A stretch of 63,713 nt of DNA, from positions 1 to 63,713 of the forward strand of contig JAQRMV010000002.1 in assembly GCA_028598985.1 (NCBI GenBank), read 5' to 3'. Origin of the DNA: Gammaproteobacteria bacterium (GTDB lineage: Bacteria > Pseudomonadota > Gammaproteobacteria > Pseudomonadales > Balneatricaceae). Under the pieces are notes generated by a model. It made no database searches. It saw only the letters and a program-made list of their open reading frames with translations, and was not told the origin of the DNA. A program made the translations under genes and the position numbers. Positions 1 to 10,805 of the stretch are shown one piece after another; within the stretch, counting starts at the first letter, position 1; every line of letters begins with the position of its first letter.

Positions 1-269
1 GGGCGCATGTCATCTGGCATGGGCGGCCTGTGGGCTTTATATTCCGCGTACATTTCATTACGAAAGGTTGGCCCTTTAGCGTCAAACACCACCACAATAG
101 TGGCATTGGCATAGTCTTTTGCCAAACTGCGCATCATATTAACCACACCTTTAACGGCACCCGTGGGCATGCCCTTACTGTTATTCAGCGGCGGCATTGC
201 ATGGTAGGCTCTGAATAAATAAGAGGAGCCGTCTACCAATACAACGGGAGCGGAAACTTTTGCAGTCAT
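1..269 (-). CDS. polA: DNA polymerase I, N-terminal 5'-3' exonuclease domain (runs off window start)
   Basis: Manual translation from ATG 269: [46 protein letters not shown]...[28 protein letters not shown], the classic PolA N-terminus; not in the ORF track. Confidence 0.95.
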   Translation of the reverse strand, partial: MTAKVSAPVVLVDGSSYLFRAYHAMPPLNNSKGMPTGAVKGVVNMMRSLAKDYANATIVVVFDAKGPTFRNEMYAEYKAHRPPMPDDMR

Positions 270-415
270 GATGTCTTCCAAACAAATATAAAGTGGGTAG
301 TGATCCTTTAGAGAATACCATAATGACGCGTTCGAAACTTGAATTGACGCCTCTCACAGCGTACTATTTGCAGCCAATTAAGTGACCCTTGATAGTATTA
401 GAAAGTAGCAACCTT

Positions 416-1393
416 ATGGCCGTATATACTCACCTTAATAGCAACCAGATCAGCGCTTACATCGCCCCATTTAACCTTGGCGATTTGGTGGACTTTAAAG
501 GCATTAGCGGCGGTATTGAAAACACCAATTATTTTGTCACTACACAAATTAAAGGGCAGCCGCAGCAAGATTTTGTGCTGACCCTGTTTGAAGATTTAAC
601 CTACGATGAAATACCTTATTTTGTTGACCTTACAGATCATTTGGTGGCCAACAATATTAGCGTTCCAGCGCCCCTTAGGGATATAAATGGCACCGCCCTT
701 AGCTTAGTTTCCGGCAAACCTGCACTGCTATTTCCGCGCTTTGCGGGTGACCATTTAGCCCGCTCAGAAATTGGCACTAGCGAGTGCGCCATAATGGGCC
801 GCGAGCTAGCACGCTTGCATCTTGCAGGACAGCAGTTTGCCACTCAGCGCCATAGCCACCGAGGCCAACAATGGTGGCAGCAGCTTGGCCCTAGGGCTGC
901 ACAGTGCATAAATGCTGAAGAGGCCACCATGTTAATGATGGCAATTGGTCAGTACGACGCCATGCAAGCCAAAAACCCAGATTTACCCACCGGGGTGGTA
1001 CATGGCGATTTATTCCACGACAACGCCCTATTTCACCAAGGCCAATTAAGCGCCACCATAGACCTTTACAATGCCAGTAATGACTATCTATTATTTGATG
1101 TGGCCGTGACTGTGAATGACTGGTGTATTGCGGCTGATGGTAGTATTGAGCCCGCCTTATATGACGCGTTTTTACAGGCCTATGCACAAGTTCGGCCTTT
1201 TAACGCCACAGAACAGCTGTACTGGAATGCCATGTTAGTAGCAGCAGCCATGCGTTTTTGGCTATCTCGCTTAGAAACTTTTCATGGCCTGGACAGGCAT
1301 CAGCGTGAAGATGGCATTACCGTGCTTAAAGACCCAGATGTATTTAAAGACATCTTAATGCACCGCATGCAGCAGTTTCAAAAACTACCTTAA
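416..1393 (+). CDS. thrB: Homoserine kinase type II (APH fold)
   Basis: MAVYT start, GIENTNYF, VLTLFE, HGDLFHDN, RFWLSRL and KDP motifs; ATG 416 preferred over TTG 389. Confidence 0.9.
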   Translation: MAVYTHLNSNQISAYIAPFNLGDLVDFKGISGGIENTNYFVTTQIKGQPQQDFVLTLFEDLTYDEIPYFVDLTDHLVANNISVPAPLRDINGTALSLVSGKPALLFPRFAGDHLARSEIGTSECAIMGRELARLHLAGQQFATQRHSHRGQQWWQQLGPRAAQCINAEEATMLMMAIGQYDAMQAKNPDLPTGVVHGDLFHDNALFHQGQLSATIDLYNASNDYLLFDVAVTVNDWCIAADGSIEPALYDAFLQAYAQVRPFNATEQLYWNAMLVAAAMRFWLSRLETFHGLDRHQREDGITVLKDPDVFKDILMHRMQQFQKLP

Positions 1394-2203
1394 CCCACAA
1401 CTAAGCAACGCCTTCTGAAGCTCGGTAATGTAGCCTATAAGGGTTTTGCTATTGGCGGCCAAAATATCGATAGCAATGCGCTCTATGTTGGGCGGCAACA
1501 CCGCGTTCACCAATTTGTGTTTGACTTCATGGTCCACCAACACACAGGCCACTTTGCCCTCTTTTGCAAGCTGGGCGATGGTGGCCAACTTTTTGGCCCC
1601 AGGGGCTTGGTCGTCGGAGCCAGTAAAGCTAGCTAAGTGGGTTAAGCCAAAATACGCCTCAAACCCTTCTAAACCATCATGATAAACAAGATACCCTTGG
1701 CCTTGCAGGCTTAAATTACGGGTATGTTCTAACAGCTGGGCCTTTAAACCACTGATTTGTTCTCGCCATGCATCTCCATGCCAGATTAAACCCATGTGCT
1801 GGCTAAGTTGCTGCATGCCTTGCAATAAATAGGCCGGGCTAGTCCACGGGTGTTGGCCATAGCCTTGAGAGGTCTGCCCTTGATTAATGATAAATTGCTT
1901 GTGGGCTGGCACCCGTGCCATAACTTTAGCAAGGTAAGGTTCTAACTTGGGGCCTAACCAAACCACCAACTGCGCATCTTGTATTTTACGAATATGGCTA
2001 GGACGTAAACTAAAATCATGGGGAGAGACATTAGCAGCCAGTAAAGACGGATAAACTTCCGCCGTTACTTCTGCCACCACCAAAGAAAGGGCTTTAGTGG
2101 TTGGTAATATTTTGATAGTTGAAGCATTGGCGGCCGACACAATAACCCACCAAAAAAACAATGCCACACCACCTTGTGGCACACAACGAAAAAAGAAGGA
2201 CAT
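1385..2203 (-). CDS. znuA: Zinc ABC transporter substrate-binding protein
   Basis: SPHDFSLRPS, HPWTSP and VYHDG metal-ligand motifs; divergent from zur-znuCB. Confidence 0.85.
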   Translation of the reverse strand: MSFFFRCVPQGGVALFFWWVIVSAANASTIKILPTTKALSLVVAEVTAEVYPSLLAANVSPHDFSLRPSHIRKIQDAQLVVWLGPKLEPYLAKVMARVPAHKQFIINQGQTSQGYGQHPWTSPAYLLQGMQQLSQHMGLIWHGDAWREQISGLKAQLLEHTRNLSLQGQGYLVYHDGLEGFEAYFGLTHLASFTGSDDQAPGAKKLATIAQLAKEGKVACVLVDHEVKHKLVNAVLPPNIERIAIDILAANSKTLIGYITELQKALLSCGLR

Positions 2204-2247
2204 AGGCTAGCCGTATTAATGGGTATTAGAAATCTAGCCGTATGTTA

Positions 2248-2262
2248 TGTTATATTATAACA
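2248..2262. promoter_or_regulatory. Zur box
   Basis: Palindrome TGTTATA-T-TATAACA between znuA and zur, matching the gammaproteobacterial Zur operator core. Confidence 0.85.
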
Positions 2263-2287
2263 ATCGTCAAATTATACAGGCTATCCC

Positions 2288-2782
2288 ATGCAGGCCACCG
2301 CCTTTTCTCCCCATGACCATACCCACTGCATTAGCAGTGCCATTACCCATGCTAAGGGGCTATGTGCCGAACGCGATGTAAGGCTCACCCCCGTACGCCA
2401 GCGGGTATTAGAATTGATATGGCAAAGCCACAAACCCATAGGTGCCTATGAGCTATTAGCCAGCCTAGCCAAAGAAGGTTTTAACTCTGCACCGCCCACC
2501 GTGTACCGCGCCCTAGACTTCTTAAGTGAGCAAGGCTTATTACATAAACTGGAAAGCATTAATGCTTATGTGGGCTGTTGTAACCCAGATACCCCACATC
2601 AAGGCCATTTTTTGCTCTGCCAAGTCTGCCATCAAGCCCAAGAGCTAGACAGTCAGTATATTACCTTAGCCCTTAAGGTGAGCGCAGACCAGCATGGTTT
2701 TGAAATGCACCATCACACCATTGAAGTGGTAGGTACCTGCCAAGAATGCCTCAATAAGGCCAATATGAGCGAAGCCACGTAA
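2288..2782 (+). CDS. zur: Zinc uptake regulator (Fur family)
   Basis: [30 protein letters not shown], two CxxC pairs. Confidence 0.93.
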   Translation: MQATAFSPHDHTHCISSAITHAKGLCAERDVRLTPVRQRVLELIWQSHKPIGAYELLASLAKEGFNSAPPTVYRALDFLSEQGLLHKLESINAYVGCCNPDTPHQGHFLLCQVCHQAQELDSQYITLALKVSADQHGFEMHHHTIEVVGTCQECLNKANMSEAT

Positions 2783-3561
2783 TGAGTGAAGTATTGTTAG
2801 CAGCCAAAGATTTAGGGGTAAAGCGGGGCCAACGCTGGCTTATTAAAGGCGTAGATCTCACCCTCTCTAGTGGCCAAATTACCACGGTTATCGGCCCCAA
2901 TGGAGCGGGTAAATCTACCTTAGTGCGTAGCTTATTAAAGCTTACCAAAACCAACAGTGGCAGTATTGAAACCAAACCCAAGTTGCGCATTGGTTACATG
3001 CCCCAGAAGCTAAAACTAGAAAACACATTGCCCTTATCAGTGGCTCGATTTTTAGATCTAGGCCGTCACAAAGAGCATCGACTTAGCCCAGCGCTTTGGC
3101 AGCAGTTGCTCATTAAATGCCGCGCCCAAAAGCTGTTAGATCGCCCAATGCAGCAACTGTCAGGGGGGGAAACTCAGCGCATATTGCTACTCAGGGCATT
3201 ACTTCGTAAGCCCCATCTGCTGGTGCTGGATGAGCCCGTACAAGGAGTGGACGTAACAGGGCAAGTAGCCTTGTACGAGCTTATAGGCGAAGTGAGGGAT
3301 ATTTTAGGTTGTGGTATTTTGATGGTTTCCCACGACTTACACTTGGTGATGGCCGCCACAGATCAAGTAATTTGTTTAAACCAGCACATTTGCTGCTCTG
3401 GTCATCCGGAAAAAGTAAGCCAGGATCCGGCCTTTACGGAGTTGTTTGGTCCCCAGGGCGCCGGCAATTTAGCCTTGTATAACCACCAGCACAATCACCA
3501 CCACACCAGCCATGGTGACATCATCGATGGCCAACACCACGAGGGCTGTAACCATGGTTGA
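2782..3561 (+). CDS. znuC: Zinc ABC transporter ATP-binding protein
   Basis: Walker [33 protein letters not shown], His-rich tail. Confidence 0.93.
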   Translation: MSEVLLAAKDLGVKRGQRWLIKGVDLTLSSGQITTVIGPNGAGKSTLVRSLLKLTKTNSGSIETKPKLRIGYMPQKLKLENTLPLSVARFLDLGRHKEHRLSPALWQQLLIKCRAQKLLDRPMQQLSGGETQRILLLRALLRKPHLLVLDEPVQGVDVTGQVALYELIGEVRDILGCGILMVSHDLHLVMAATDQVICLNQHICCSGHPEKVSQDPAFTELFGPQGAGNLALYNHQHNHHHTSHGDIIDGQHHEGCNHG

Positions 3562-4348
3562 TTTTCTATTATGGGCTTGGTTAGGGGGCTTGATGATTGC
3601 GGCTATTGCTGGGCCGTTAGGTTCTTTTATGGTGTGGCGACGCATGGCTTATTTTGGCGATACCCTCGCCCATGCGGCATTATTGGGTGTGGCTTTAGGG
3701 CTGTTGTTACAGGTTAATATTAGTTTAGCGGTAGTATTGGTGTGCCTATTATTGGCCATTTTACTTAGCACATTAATGCATAAGCGCATTATCGCCACCG
3801 ATACTTTATTGGGCATTCTTTCCCATGCCAGCTTATCCCTTGGGCTTGTAAGCCTTAGCCTTTTTAGCCATCAAAACATTGATTTAATGGGGTTTTTATT
3901 TGGCGATCTGCTCTCTATAGGGCAGCAAGACTTGGTATGGATTGGCTGTGCCTGCGCCCTAGTGTTAGTGGTGCTGGTATGGATATGGCGCCCGCTACTG
4001 GCCATTACCGTGAATGAAGAATTAGCTCAGGTTGAAGGTATTAATGTGGCTTGGATGCGTACTTTACTTATGCTGCTAGTCGCCGTGGTGATTGCTGTGG
4101 CCATGAAAGTAGTGGGAGTGCTGTTAATTACTTCGCTGCTTATCATCCCCGCGGCAGCGGCCAGAAGATTATCCAATTCGCCCGAACAAATGGCGTTGTT
4201 AGCCAGCTTGCTGGGGATGCTGGCGGTGAGTGGCGGCCTGGCTTTGTCCTGGTTTTACGATACTCCAGCCGGCCCCTCTGTAGTGGTGATTGCCAGCGCT
4301 TTATTCTTTTTATTATTTAGCTTTCCTCGTTCATTCAAGGCAGCCTAA
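3554..4348 (+). CDS. znuB: Zinc ABC transporter permease
   Basis: [21 protein letters not shown] and DTPAGPSVV; ATG 3554 overlaps the znuC end. Confidence 0.93.
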   Translation: MVDFLLWAWLGGLMIAAIAGPLGSFMVWRRMAYFGDTLAHAALLGVALGLLLQVNISLAVVLVCLLLAILLSTLMHKRIIATDTLLGILSHASLSLGLVSLSLFSHQNIDLMGFLFGDLLSIGQQDLVWIGCACALVLVVLVWIWRPLLAITVNEELAQVEGINVAWMRTLLMLLVAVVIAVAMKVVGVLLITSLLIIPAAAARRLSNSPEQMALLASLLGMLAVSGGLALSWFYDTPAGPSVVVIASALFFLLFSFPRSFKAA

Positions 4349-4349
4349 T

Positions 4350-5687
4350 ATGCAAGCTAGTTACGCCCCCCAAGCCAAACACATGGGCCAACTTTGGCGC
4401 CTTGCTTGGCCCCTAATCATTTCCAACATTAGTGTGCCTTTATTAGGCTTGGTGGATGCCGCCATTATGGGTCACTTAGATCAAGCCCGTTATTTAGGCG
4501 CAGTGGCGTTAGGCGCGACCTTGCTTTCATTTATCTATTGGGCGTTTGGTTTTTTACGTATGGGTACCGTAGGCCTTACCGCACAAGCCCACGGCGCCCA
4601 TGACAAGCAACGTTTAATGCAATTGTTATTGATGCCAGGCTTATTAGCCTTGGGCATTGGTATGGCCATTGTGGCCCTACAAAGCTGGCTAATCCCCTTG
4701 GGCATAGCGCTTATGGGAGCGAGCGAGCAAGTTTCTGCGTTAGCCCAAGAATACCTCACCATTCGGATATATAGCGCCCCTGCCGTACTCATGACCTATG
4801 TGTGTTTGGGTTGGTTATTAGGTCGCCAAGACAGCCGTAGCCCGTTGATACTGTTGGTGGTAACCAATGTCAGCAACATCGGATTTAACCTGTTATTTGT
4901 GATGGGCTATGACATGACCAGTGCCGGCGTGGCTTGGGGCAGCTTACTAGCCGACTATTGCGGGTTATTGTTGGCCTTGGTTTTAGTGTGGCGTCATGTC
5001 ATCCAAATTGACCACAAGCTACGCTCGCAATGGAGCGCTTTTGCACCCTTAGCCAACCAGCTAATGCGTCTTAACAGTTATCTTTTTGTACGCACCCTCA
5101 TGTTGTTATTTGCGTTTGCCTTTATCACTTCCCAAAGTGCTCGTATGGGAGACGATGTATTGGCCGCTAACACGCTGCTATTGCAGTATGTTACCTTGCT
5201 TGCTTACGCCTTAGACGGGTTTGCCTTTGCCATTGAAGCCGCCTGCGGAGCAGCCTTGGGCGCTAACCAAAAACGCCATTTTTACCAGCTATGTAATGGC
5301 GCAGCCATTTATTCTATAGCTGTAGCCATAGCGGCCACCGTTGGCTTTTGGTTGTTTAGCGATGTTTTTATCAATACTCTTACCACCTTAGATAGGGTAC
5401 GCCAAATTGCCAGCGACCATGCTGTTTGGGTGATGTGGGTACCTATCATTAGCGTGTGGAGCTACCTACTTGATGGCATCTTTGTGGGTGCCACCCAAGC
5501 CCGCGCCATGTTCTATTCTGTGCTTGCCAGCATCGCTACCCTGCTACCCCTTTGGTCTATGTTGAAAGCGTGGGGGAATGACGGTTTGTGGTGGGCATTT
5601 TTAGGCTTTTGTGGTGTAAGGGCTATAGTCGCCTTAATCAGTTATCTATGGCTTAGCCACAAACAAGCCTGGTTCATTAACGTTTAA
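4350..5687 (+). CDS. dinF: MATE family efflux transporter (DinF type)
   Basis: LAWPLIISNISVPLLGLVD, GFLRMGTVG and LDGFAFA motifs; multiple TM segments. Confidence 0.85.
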   Translation: MQASYAPQAKHMGQLWRLAWPLIISNISVPLLGLVDAAIMGHLDQARYLGAVALGATLLSFIYWAFGFLRMGTVGLTAQAHGAHDKQRLMQLLLMPGLLALGIGMAIVALQSWLIPLGIALMGASEQVSALAQEYLTIRIYSAPAVLMTYVCLGWLLGRQDSRSPLILLVVTNVSNIGFNLLFVMGYDMTSAGVAWGSLLADYCGLLLALVLVWRHVIQIDHKLRSQWSAFAPLANQLMRLNSYLFVRTLMLLFAFAFITSQSARMGDDVLAANTLLLQYVTLLAYALDGFAFAIEAACGAALGANQKRHFYQLCNGAAIYSIAVAIAATVGFWLFSDVFINTLTTLDRVRQIASDHAVWVMWVPIISVWSYLLDGIFVGATQARAMFYSVLASIATLLPLWSMLKAWGNDGLWWAFLGFCGVRAIVALISYLWLSHKQAWFINV

Positions 5688-5697
5688 GTCCTTGGCA

Positions 5698-5937
5698 TTA
5701 CTTGAGCTTAAGCACTTGTGGCTCAACCTCTTGCACAGCCGCGGCATCTGAGTGATTAACTCTGGTGGGCACTTCTTTACGCGCCGCTGCACCTTGGCCT
5801 ATACGCTCTTCATGACCACAGGTCACACAGTCCCTTAGCTGCTCATCCACTTCACCTTCTTGCGCAATGTGAATACGCACACTGTCTTGCGAGCCGCACT
5901 TTGGGCAGACAATGCCTGCTATAAACCTAACTTTCAT
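5698..5937 (-). CDS. yheV: YheV-family putative zinc-ribbon protein
   Basis: RFIAGIVCPKC...D...CVTCGH; overlaps the prlC stop as in related genomes. Confidence 0.8.
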   Translation of the reverse strand: MKVRFIAGIVCPKCGSQDSVRIHIAQEGEVDEQLRDCVTCGHEERIGQGAAARKEVPTRVNHSDAAAVQEVEPQVLKLK

Positions 5938-7975
5938 GGGTTAACCCTTTGTGACGCATTAAGGCTTCAACGCTAGGTTTACGCCCCATAAACGCAGTAA
6001 ACAACGTCATGGCATCAAAACTGCCCCCTTGGCCTGTAATTTTGCGCCATAGGTCCGCACCTGTGGCTGGGTTAAATATACCCTCACTTTCAAATCGACT
6101 AAACACATCGGCCGCCAAGACTTCAGCCCACAAGTAGCTGTAATAGCCTGACGCATAGCCACCGGCAAAAATGTGAGCAAAACCATGCTGGAAACGATTC
6201 CATTGCGGCGCTTTAACTACAGCCACTTGTTCTCTCACCTCATCTAAAACCGCTTGTACAGACTGTGGCGCATCTGGGTTGTAATTCATGTGCAAGCGCA
6301 AATCGAATAGCGCAAATTCTAGCTGGCGCATCACAAACATACCGGCTTGGAAGTTCTTTGCCGCCAGCATTTTTTGTAGCAGCTCCTCAGGCAAGGCCGC
6401 CCCCGTTTGGTAATGCGTGGCAAATAAACGTAAGGACTCTTCCTGCCAACACCAGTTTTCTAATAATTGACTTGGCAATTCCACTGCATCCCAAGCCACG
6501 CCATTAATGCCCGCTACACCTGCCACATCTATATTGGTCATCATATGATGCAAACCATGGCCAAATTCATGAAACAATGTAGTCACTTCGCCATGGGTGA
6601 GCAATGCTGGTTTATCCCCTACGGGGGGTGCAAAGTTACACACTAAATAGGCTACCGGAAGCTGCAATTCGCCATCTGTTTTAAACTGACGATTGCGGCA
6701 TTCATCCATCCAAGCGCCGCCGCGCTTATGCTCCCGCGCGTAAAGATCAAAGTAAAAATAACCGATGGCCTGTCCCTCGTAGGCCACTTGGAAGAAACCT
6801 ACGTCTTTATGCCAAGTACTTACCCCTTTGCATGGAGTCACTTCAATACCGTAAATACGGTTCACAACATTAAACAAACCCTTGCGCACTTGTGGCAGGG
6901 CGAAATAAGGCTTGAGCTCTTCTTGGGATAAATCATAACGGCTATGGCGTAGTTTTTCGCTGTAATAGGCGACATCCCACGCTGCTAATGGTGTTGGCCC
7001 GCCGTCCTGCCCTGCAAACAATTGCAGCTGTTCCATATCGGTTTCGGCCTGAGGTTTACAGCCTTTAGCCAAATCAATTAAAAAGGCCTCAACTGCTTGG
7101 CCAGAATCTGCCATTTTTGTGGCAACAGAATAATCTGCATAATGCTCAAAGCCTACTAGATTAGCCATTTTATGGCGTAATTCCACCAACTTTTCCATCA
7201 CCTGGCTGTTGTCAAATTTCCCGCCATCTGGGCCTTGATCAGAAGCGCGAGTATTAAAAGCCTGATACATTTCTTGCCTTAGCTCACGACTTTGAGCAAA
7301 CGTCATCACCGAATGGTAGCAAGAGAAGTCAAGTTTTAGTAAGTAGCCATTTAGCGCTTTAGCTTTAGCCGCTTCTTGGGCTTGCTGCAAGGCAGACTCT
7401 GGCAATCCTAGTAAGCACTCACTATTCTCTATATGCTTGCTCCAAGCTTCTGTTGCATCCATAAGCTGGTTAGAGAACTGCGTCGAAAGTTGCGCCATTT
7501 GTTGCTTTAACTGACCATATTCAGCTTGTTGCTCTGGATCTAACGCCACCCCCGCCAATTTGAAATCTTGCACCTGAAGGCGTAAAAATTGTTGTTGTGC
7601 TTGATTTAATTGGCTAAATGCGTCACTTTCTAAAATCCATAAAAAGGCTAAATATAGCGCCTTATTTTGGCCCATCTGAGTAGCATAGGCGGTTAATTTT
7701 GGTAGGCATTCATCAAAAGCGGCTCGCACCTCTTCTTTATTCCTCACTCCGTGTAAGTGGCTCAGAGGACCCCAAAGTTTGCCTATTTCATCATCCAATT
7801 GCTCAAGCTTTGGTACCAATTGGTTATAATTTAAGCTGGTTTGGCTATTCAATAGCAGATCAATAGCCTGCTGGTTATTGGCCAGTTGTATATCTAATGT
7901 GGCCGCCAACCCCGCAGGGTCCATGGTAGAAAAATTGGGCAGCTGAAGTGCCTCTTGCAAGGAAAGGGTGGTCAT
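5927..7975 (-). CDS. prlC: Oligopeptidase A (M3 family)
   Basis: TLFHEFGHGLHH zinc motif, KRGGAWM, WDAVELPSQ, HIFAGGYASGYYSYLWAE. Confidence 0.95.
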   Translation of the reverse strand: MTTLSLQEALQLPNFSTMDPAGLAATLDIQLANNQQAIDLLLNSQTSLNYNQLVPKLEQLDDEIGKLWGPLSHLHGVRNKEEVRAAFDECLPKLTAYATQMGQNKALYLAFLWILESDAFSQLNQAQQQFLRLQVQDFKLAGVALDPEQQAEYGQLKQQMAQLSTQFSNQLMDATEAWSKHIENSECLLGLPESALQQAQEAAKAKALNGYLLKLDFSCYHSVMTFAQSRELRQEMYQAFNTRASDQGPDGGKFDNSQVMEKLVELRHKMANLVGFEHYADYSVATKMADSGQAVEAFLIDLAKGCKPQAETDMEQLQLFAGQDGGPTPLAAWDVAYYSEKLRHSRYDLSQEELKPYFALPQVRKGLFNVVNRIYGIEVTPCKGVSTWHKDVGFFQVAYEGQAIGYFYFDLYAREHKRGGAWMDECRNRQFKTDGELQLPVAYLVCNFAPPVGDKPALLTHGEVTTLFHEFGHGLHHMMTNIDVAGVAGINGVAWDAVELPSQLLENWCWQEESLRLFATHYQTGAALPEELLQKMLAAKNFQAGMFVMRQLEFALFDLRLHMNYNPDAPQSVQAVLDEVREQVAVVKAPQWNRFQHGFAHIFAGGYASGYYSYLWAEVLAADVFSRFESEGIFNPATGADLWRKITGQGGSFDAMTLFTAFMGRKPSVEALMRHKGLTHES

Positions 7976-8065
7976 AGCATCTCATTGATTGTTTTGTATG
8001 TTAGTGGGTTATAATAGTGCCTCTTTAAGCAATACCCAACGTTTGTGCGCAAATTAGGAACAACA

Positions 8066-8605
8066 ATGTCCATTCGACCCCTTAAACACGTTACTCCAAA
8101 GATTGACCCCAGTGCGTTTGCAGACGAAGAGTGTATTATTATTGGCGACGTTCATATTGGTGCAAACTCTTCTATCTGGCCATACAGTGTAGTGCGCGGA
8201 GACGTCAACCACATTCGCATTGGCCATTCCACTAGCATTCAAGACGGCTCAATTTTGCATGTCTCCCATAAAAACGCCAGCAACCCAGCCGGCTATCCGC
8301 TAATCATTGGTGACCAGGTTACCGTAGGTCATCGCTCTATTTTACACGGCTGCATCATTGGCAACCGCATATTGGTAGGCATGGGCAGTACCATTATGGA
8401 TGATGTTGTAGTGGAAGACGACGTAATGATTGCCGCCAATAGCTTAGTGACACCGGGAAAGCGTTTGGTAAGTGGCTTTTTATATGCGGGCAGCCCCGCA
8501 AGGCAAAAACGCCCTTTAACTGACGACGAACTCGAAAGCCTTACCTATATGGCCAACAATTACGTGAATCTTAAAAACCAGTACTTAGCACAGGAAAACC
8601 CATGA
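8066..8605 (+). CDS. yrdA: Gamma-class carbonic anhydrase family protein
   Basis: Hexapeptide repeats, [28 protein letters not shown]; AGGA RBS before ATG 8066. Confidence 0.85.
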   Translation: MSIRPLKHVTPKIDPSAFADEECIIIGDVHIGANSSIWPYSVVRGDVNHIRIGHSTSIQDGSILHVSHKNASNPAGYPLIIGDQVTVGHRSILHGCIIGNRILVGMGSTIMDDVVVEDDVMIAANSLVTPGKRLVSGFLYAGSPARQKRPLTDDELESLTYMANNYVNLKNQYLAQENP

Positions 8606-9099
8606 GCAACCCTTATAACAAAGACTACCCCATTTCTTGGGAAGAATTACACCGCAATGCCCGTGCGTTAGCTTGGCGCCTATTAGACCAAGGCCCATGG
8701 AAAGGCATTATCGCCATTACCCGTGGTGGTTTAGTGCCTGCAGCCATTATTGCCCGTGAGTTGGATATTCGCTTAATCGACACCATTTGCATTTCTAGCT
8801 ATGGCCAGCTTGAAAATGGTGTTGAAGCCAGCAAACAAGGGGAATTAAAGCTACTAAAAGGTTTTGATGGCGACGGAGAAGGTTTTCTATTGGTTGACGA
8901 CCTCGTAGATACGGGTAAAACAGCCGCCGCAGTACGCGCCATGGTGCCTAAAGCCACCTTCGTTACCGTGTACGCCAAGCCTGCCGGCAAACCCACTGTA
9001 GATATGTACATTACCGAAGTAAGCCAAGACACATGGATTCGCTTCCCATGGGACATGGCTCAGAGTTTTGCCACACCCATTGCAGACCTGCAAGCATAA
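8602..9099 (+). CDS. gpt: Xanthine-guanine phosphoribosyltransferase
   Basis: [12 protein letters not shown] motif [23 protein letters not shown]. Confidence 0.9.
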   Translation: MSNPYNKDYPISWEELHRNARALAWRLLDQGPWKGIIAITRGGLVPAAIIARELDIRLIDTICISSYGQLENGVEASKQGELKLLKGFDGDGEGFLLVDDLVDTGKTAAAVRAMVPKATFVTVYAKPAGKPTVDMYITEVSQDTWIRFPWDMAQSFATPIADLQA

Positions 9100-9130
9100 A
9101 TTCAATATATCCTAGCCAAAAGGAAGCGGC

Positions 9131-10027
9131 GTGACACAATTCTTATACTTATCCACGGTGTTGATTTGGGGCACCACTTGGATCGCCATTCATTGGCAAT
9201 TAGGTGAAGTTGCGCCATTGGCGTCGGTGTTTTACCGCTTTGCTTTAGCGGCAGCCATTATGCTGCCGTTAGTAGTGCTTAGCCGTCGCTTACAGCCTAC
9301 CACCAAACAAGACCATGGATTTATGGTGTTGCAGGGTATGTGCTTGTTTTCACTTAATTTTGTGTGTTTTTATACGGCAGGATTGGCCATTTCTAGTGGC
9401 TTGTTGTCGGTTATTTTTTCTGCGTCCACCTTATTTAACGCCCTAAACAATCGTATTTTCTGGGGAGAAAAACCCACTCGTGCCGTGTTCGGTGCAGGTA
9501 TTCTAGGCATCATTGGCCTAAGTTTAATGTTTTGGCCAGAGTTAGCAGCCGATTCTGACAGAGGGGTAGATTTTGGTAGCATTGGCCTGGCCTTTTTAGG
9601 CACTTTTTTCTTTTCCTTGGGCAACATGATCTCCGTAAGGCACAATAAAAAGGGGCTAAAACCCTTTACTAGCAACGCTTACGCTATGATTTACGGCACC
9701 TTATTTTTAGCCGCCTTACTCTTTATCACCAGTACACCCCTCACCTGGGATACTCGGCCTCAGTACCTTGGTAGCTTGTTCTATCTGGCTATCATAGGCA
9801 CGGTGGCAGGCTTCACTGCTTATCTTTCATTGGTAGGCCGCATCGGCGCCAACAAAGCAGCTTACGCCACGGTGATGTTCCCGGTAGTCGCCCTTGCACT
9901 ATCCACCGTATTTGAAGGCTATGTGTGGACCCTAAGCAGTGTGAGTGGATTAGTGCTTGTATTGCTGGGTAACGGTCTAATTTTAGGCCTCCAACTACCG
10001 TTTGGTCGGCGCATCGGGAAAATCTAA
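9131..10027 (+). CDS. EamA/DMT family transporter
   Basis: IWGTTWIAI start, about 10 hydrophobic segments in a duplicated DMT arrangement. Confidence 0.85.
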   Translation: MTQFLYLSTVLIWGTTWIAIHWQLGEVAPLASVFYRFALAAAIMLPLVVLSRRLQPTTKQDHGFMVLQGMCLFSLNFVCFYTAGLAISSGLLSVIFSASTLFNALNNRIFWGEKPTRAVFGAGILGIIGLSLMFWPELAADSDRGVDFGSIGLAFLGTFFFSLGNMISVRHNKKGLKPFTSNAYAMIYGTLFLAALLFITSTPLTWDTRPQYLGSLFYLAIIGTVAGFTAYLSLVGRIGANKAAYATVMFPVVALALSTVFEGYVWTLSSVSGLVLVLLGNGLILGLQLPFGRRIGKI

Positions 10028-10590
10028 GATGATCTAGGTTTTTCCATTGCTTTGCGGGAAATTTTTAATACCACCTTGCGTGGCAAAAACGGCACCACCC
10101 AGTTTAATAAACACTTAAACTTGGCTTCGTTAAATACTACCAACTCACCCCGCATCATGGCTTTATAACCACACTGCGCAACGGACTGTGCAGTTTTTGC
10201 TTGGTCAAACACTGCTACGCCATCCAAATCTGCCGCCGCTACAAAACCCGTTGCTACTGGGCCTGGGCAAAGTGCCGTGACCGTTACATTGTTGCTAGCC
10301 ACTTCTTCCGCTATGGCTTGAGAAAAGGATGTAACATAGGCCTTAGTGGCATAATAAACCGCTTGTAATGGCCCCGGCATAAAAGAGGCAGTAGACGACA
10401 CATTGAGAATACGACCTCGACTGCGCTCAACCATGCCTTGAAGGTACAGGTGCGTTAAGCTAGTTAAAGCTGCCATATTCACTTGTATCATTGCTTCTTC
10501 GGCTGTTAAATCTCTAGTATGAAATAACCCATGCCCACCAAAACCCGCGTTATTAATCAGTATATCGACCTCTAGGCCCAGAGAATGGAT
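10024..10590 (-). pseudogene. Short-chain dehydrogenase/reductase, 5'-truncated (no Rossmann GxxxGxG)
   Basis: Frame extends upstream of the track ORF (VDILINNAGFGG...MIQVN...VSSTAS...YYATKA) but meets TAA at about 10591; the cofactor-binding N-terminus is missing. Confidence 0.8.
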
Positions 10591-10678
10591 TTATTTACCG
10601 GCCAAGAAATAGTAATGGCTAGCGCTGCGCCGAAGCTAATGCCAGCGGTTGCGTAATTGATTGGTTTTTTGTATTCAT
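10572..10678 (-). pseudogene. Remnant of a small membrane-protein gene (GISFGAALAITISW-type), frameshifted and truncated
   Basis: AAGGAG RBS plus ATG 10678; adding one A to an A6 run gives MNTKKPINYATAGISFGAALAITISWPVNKSILWA*, ending inside the SDR remnant. Confidence 0.55.
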
Positions 10679-10805
10679 TTATACAACTCCTTCTGCAGTG
10701 AAGCGTGAAAACCCGGCCAAATGGCACCGAAGTCATCAGCTGTAGCTTTCACCTAATCAAATATACAGGTAAAATTAATTAGAAATTTACCAGTGGACAA
10801 ATACC

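Noticed and set aside
30-218. 62-aa plus-strand ORF
   Set aside because: Antisense shadow of the polA 5' end on the minus strand
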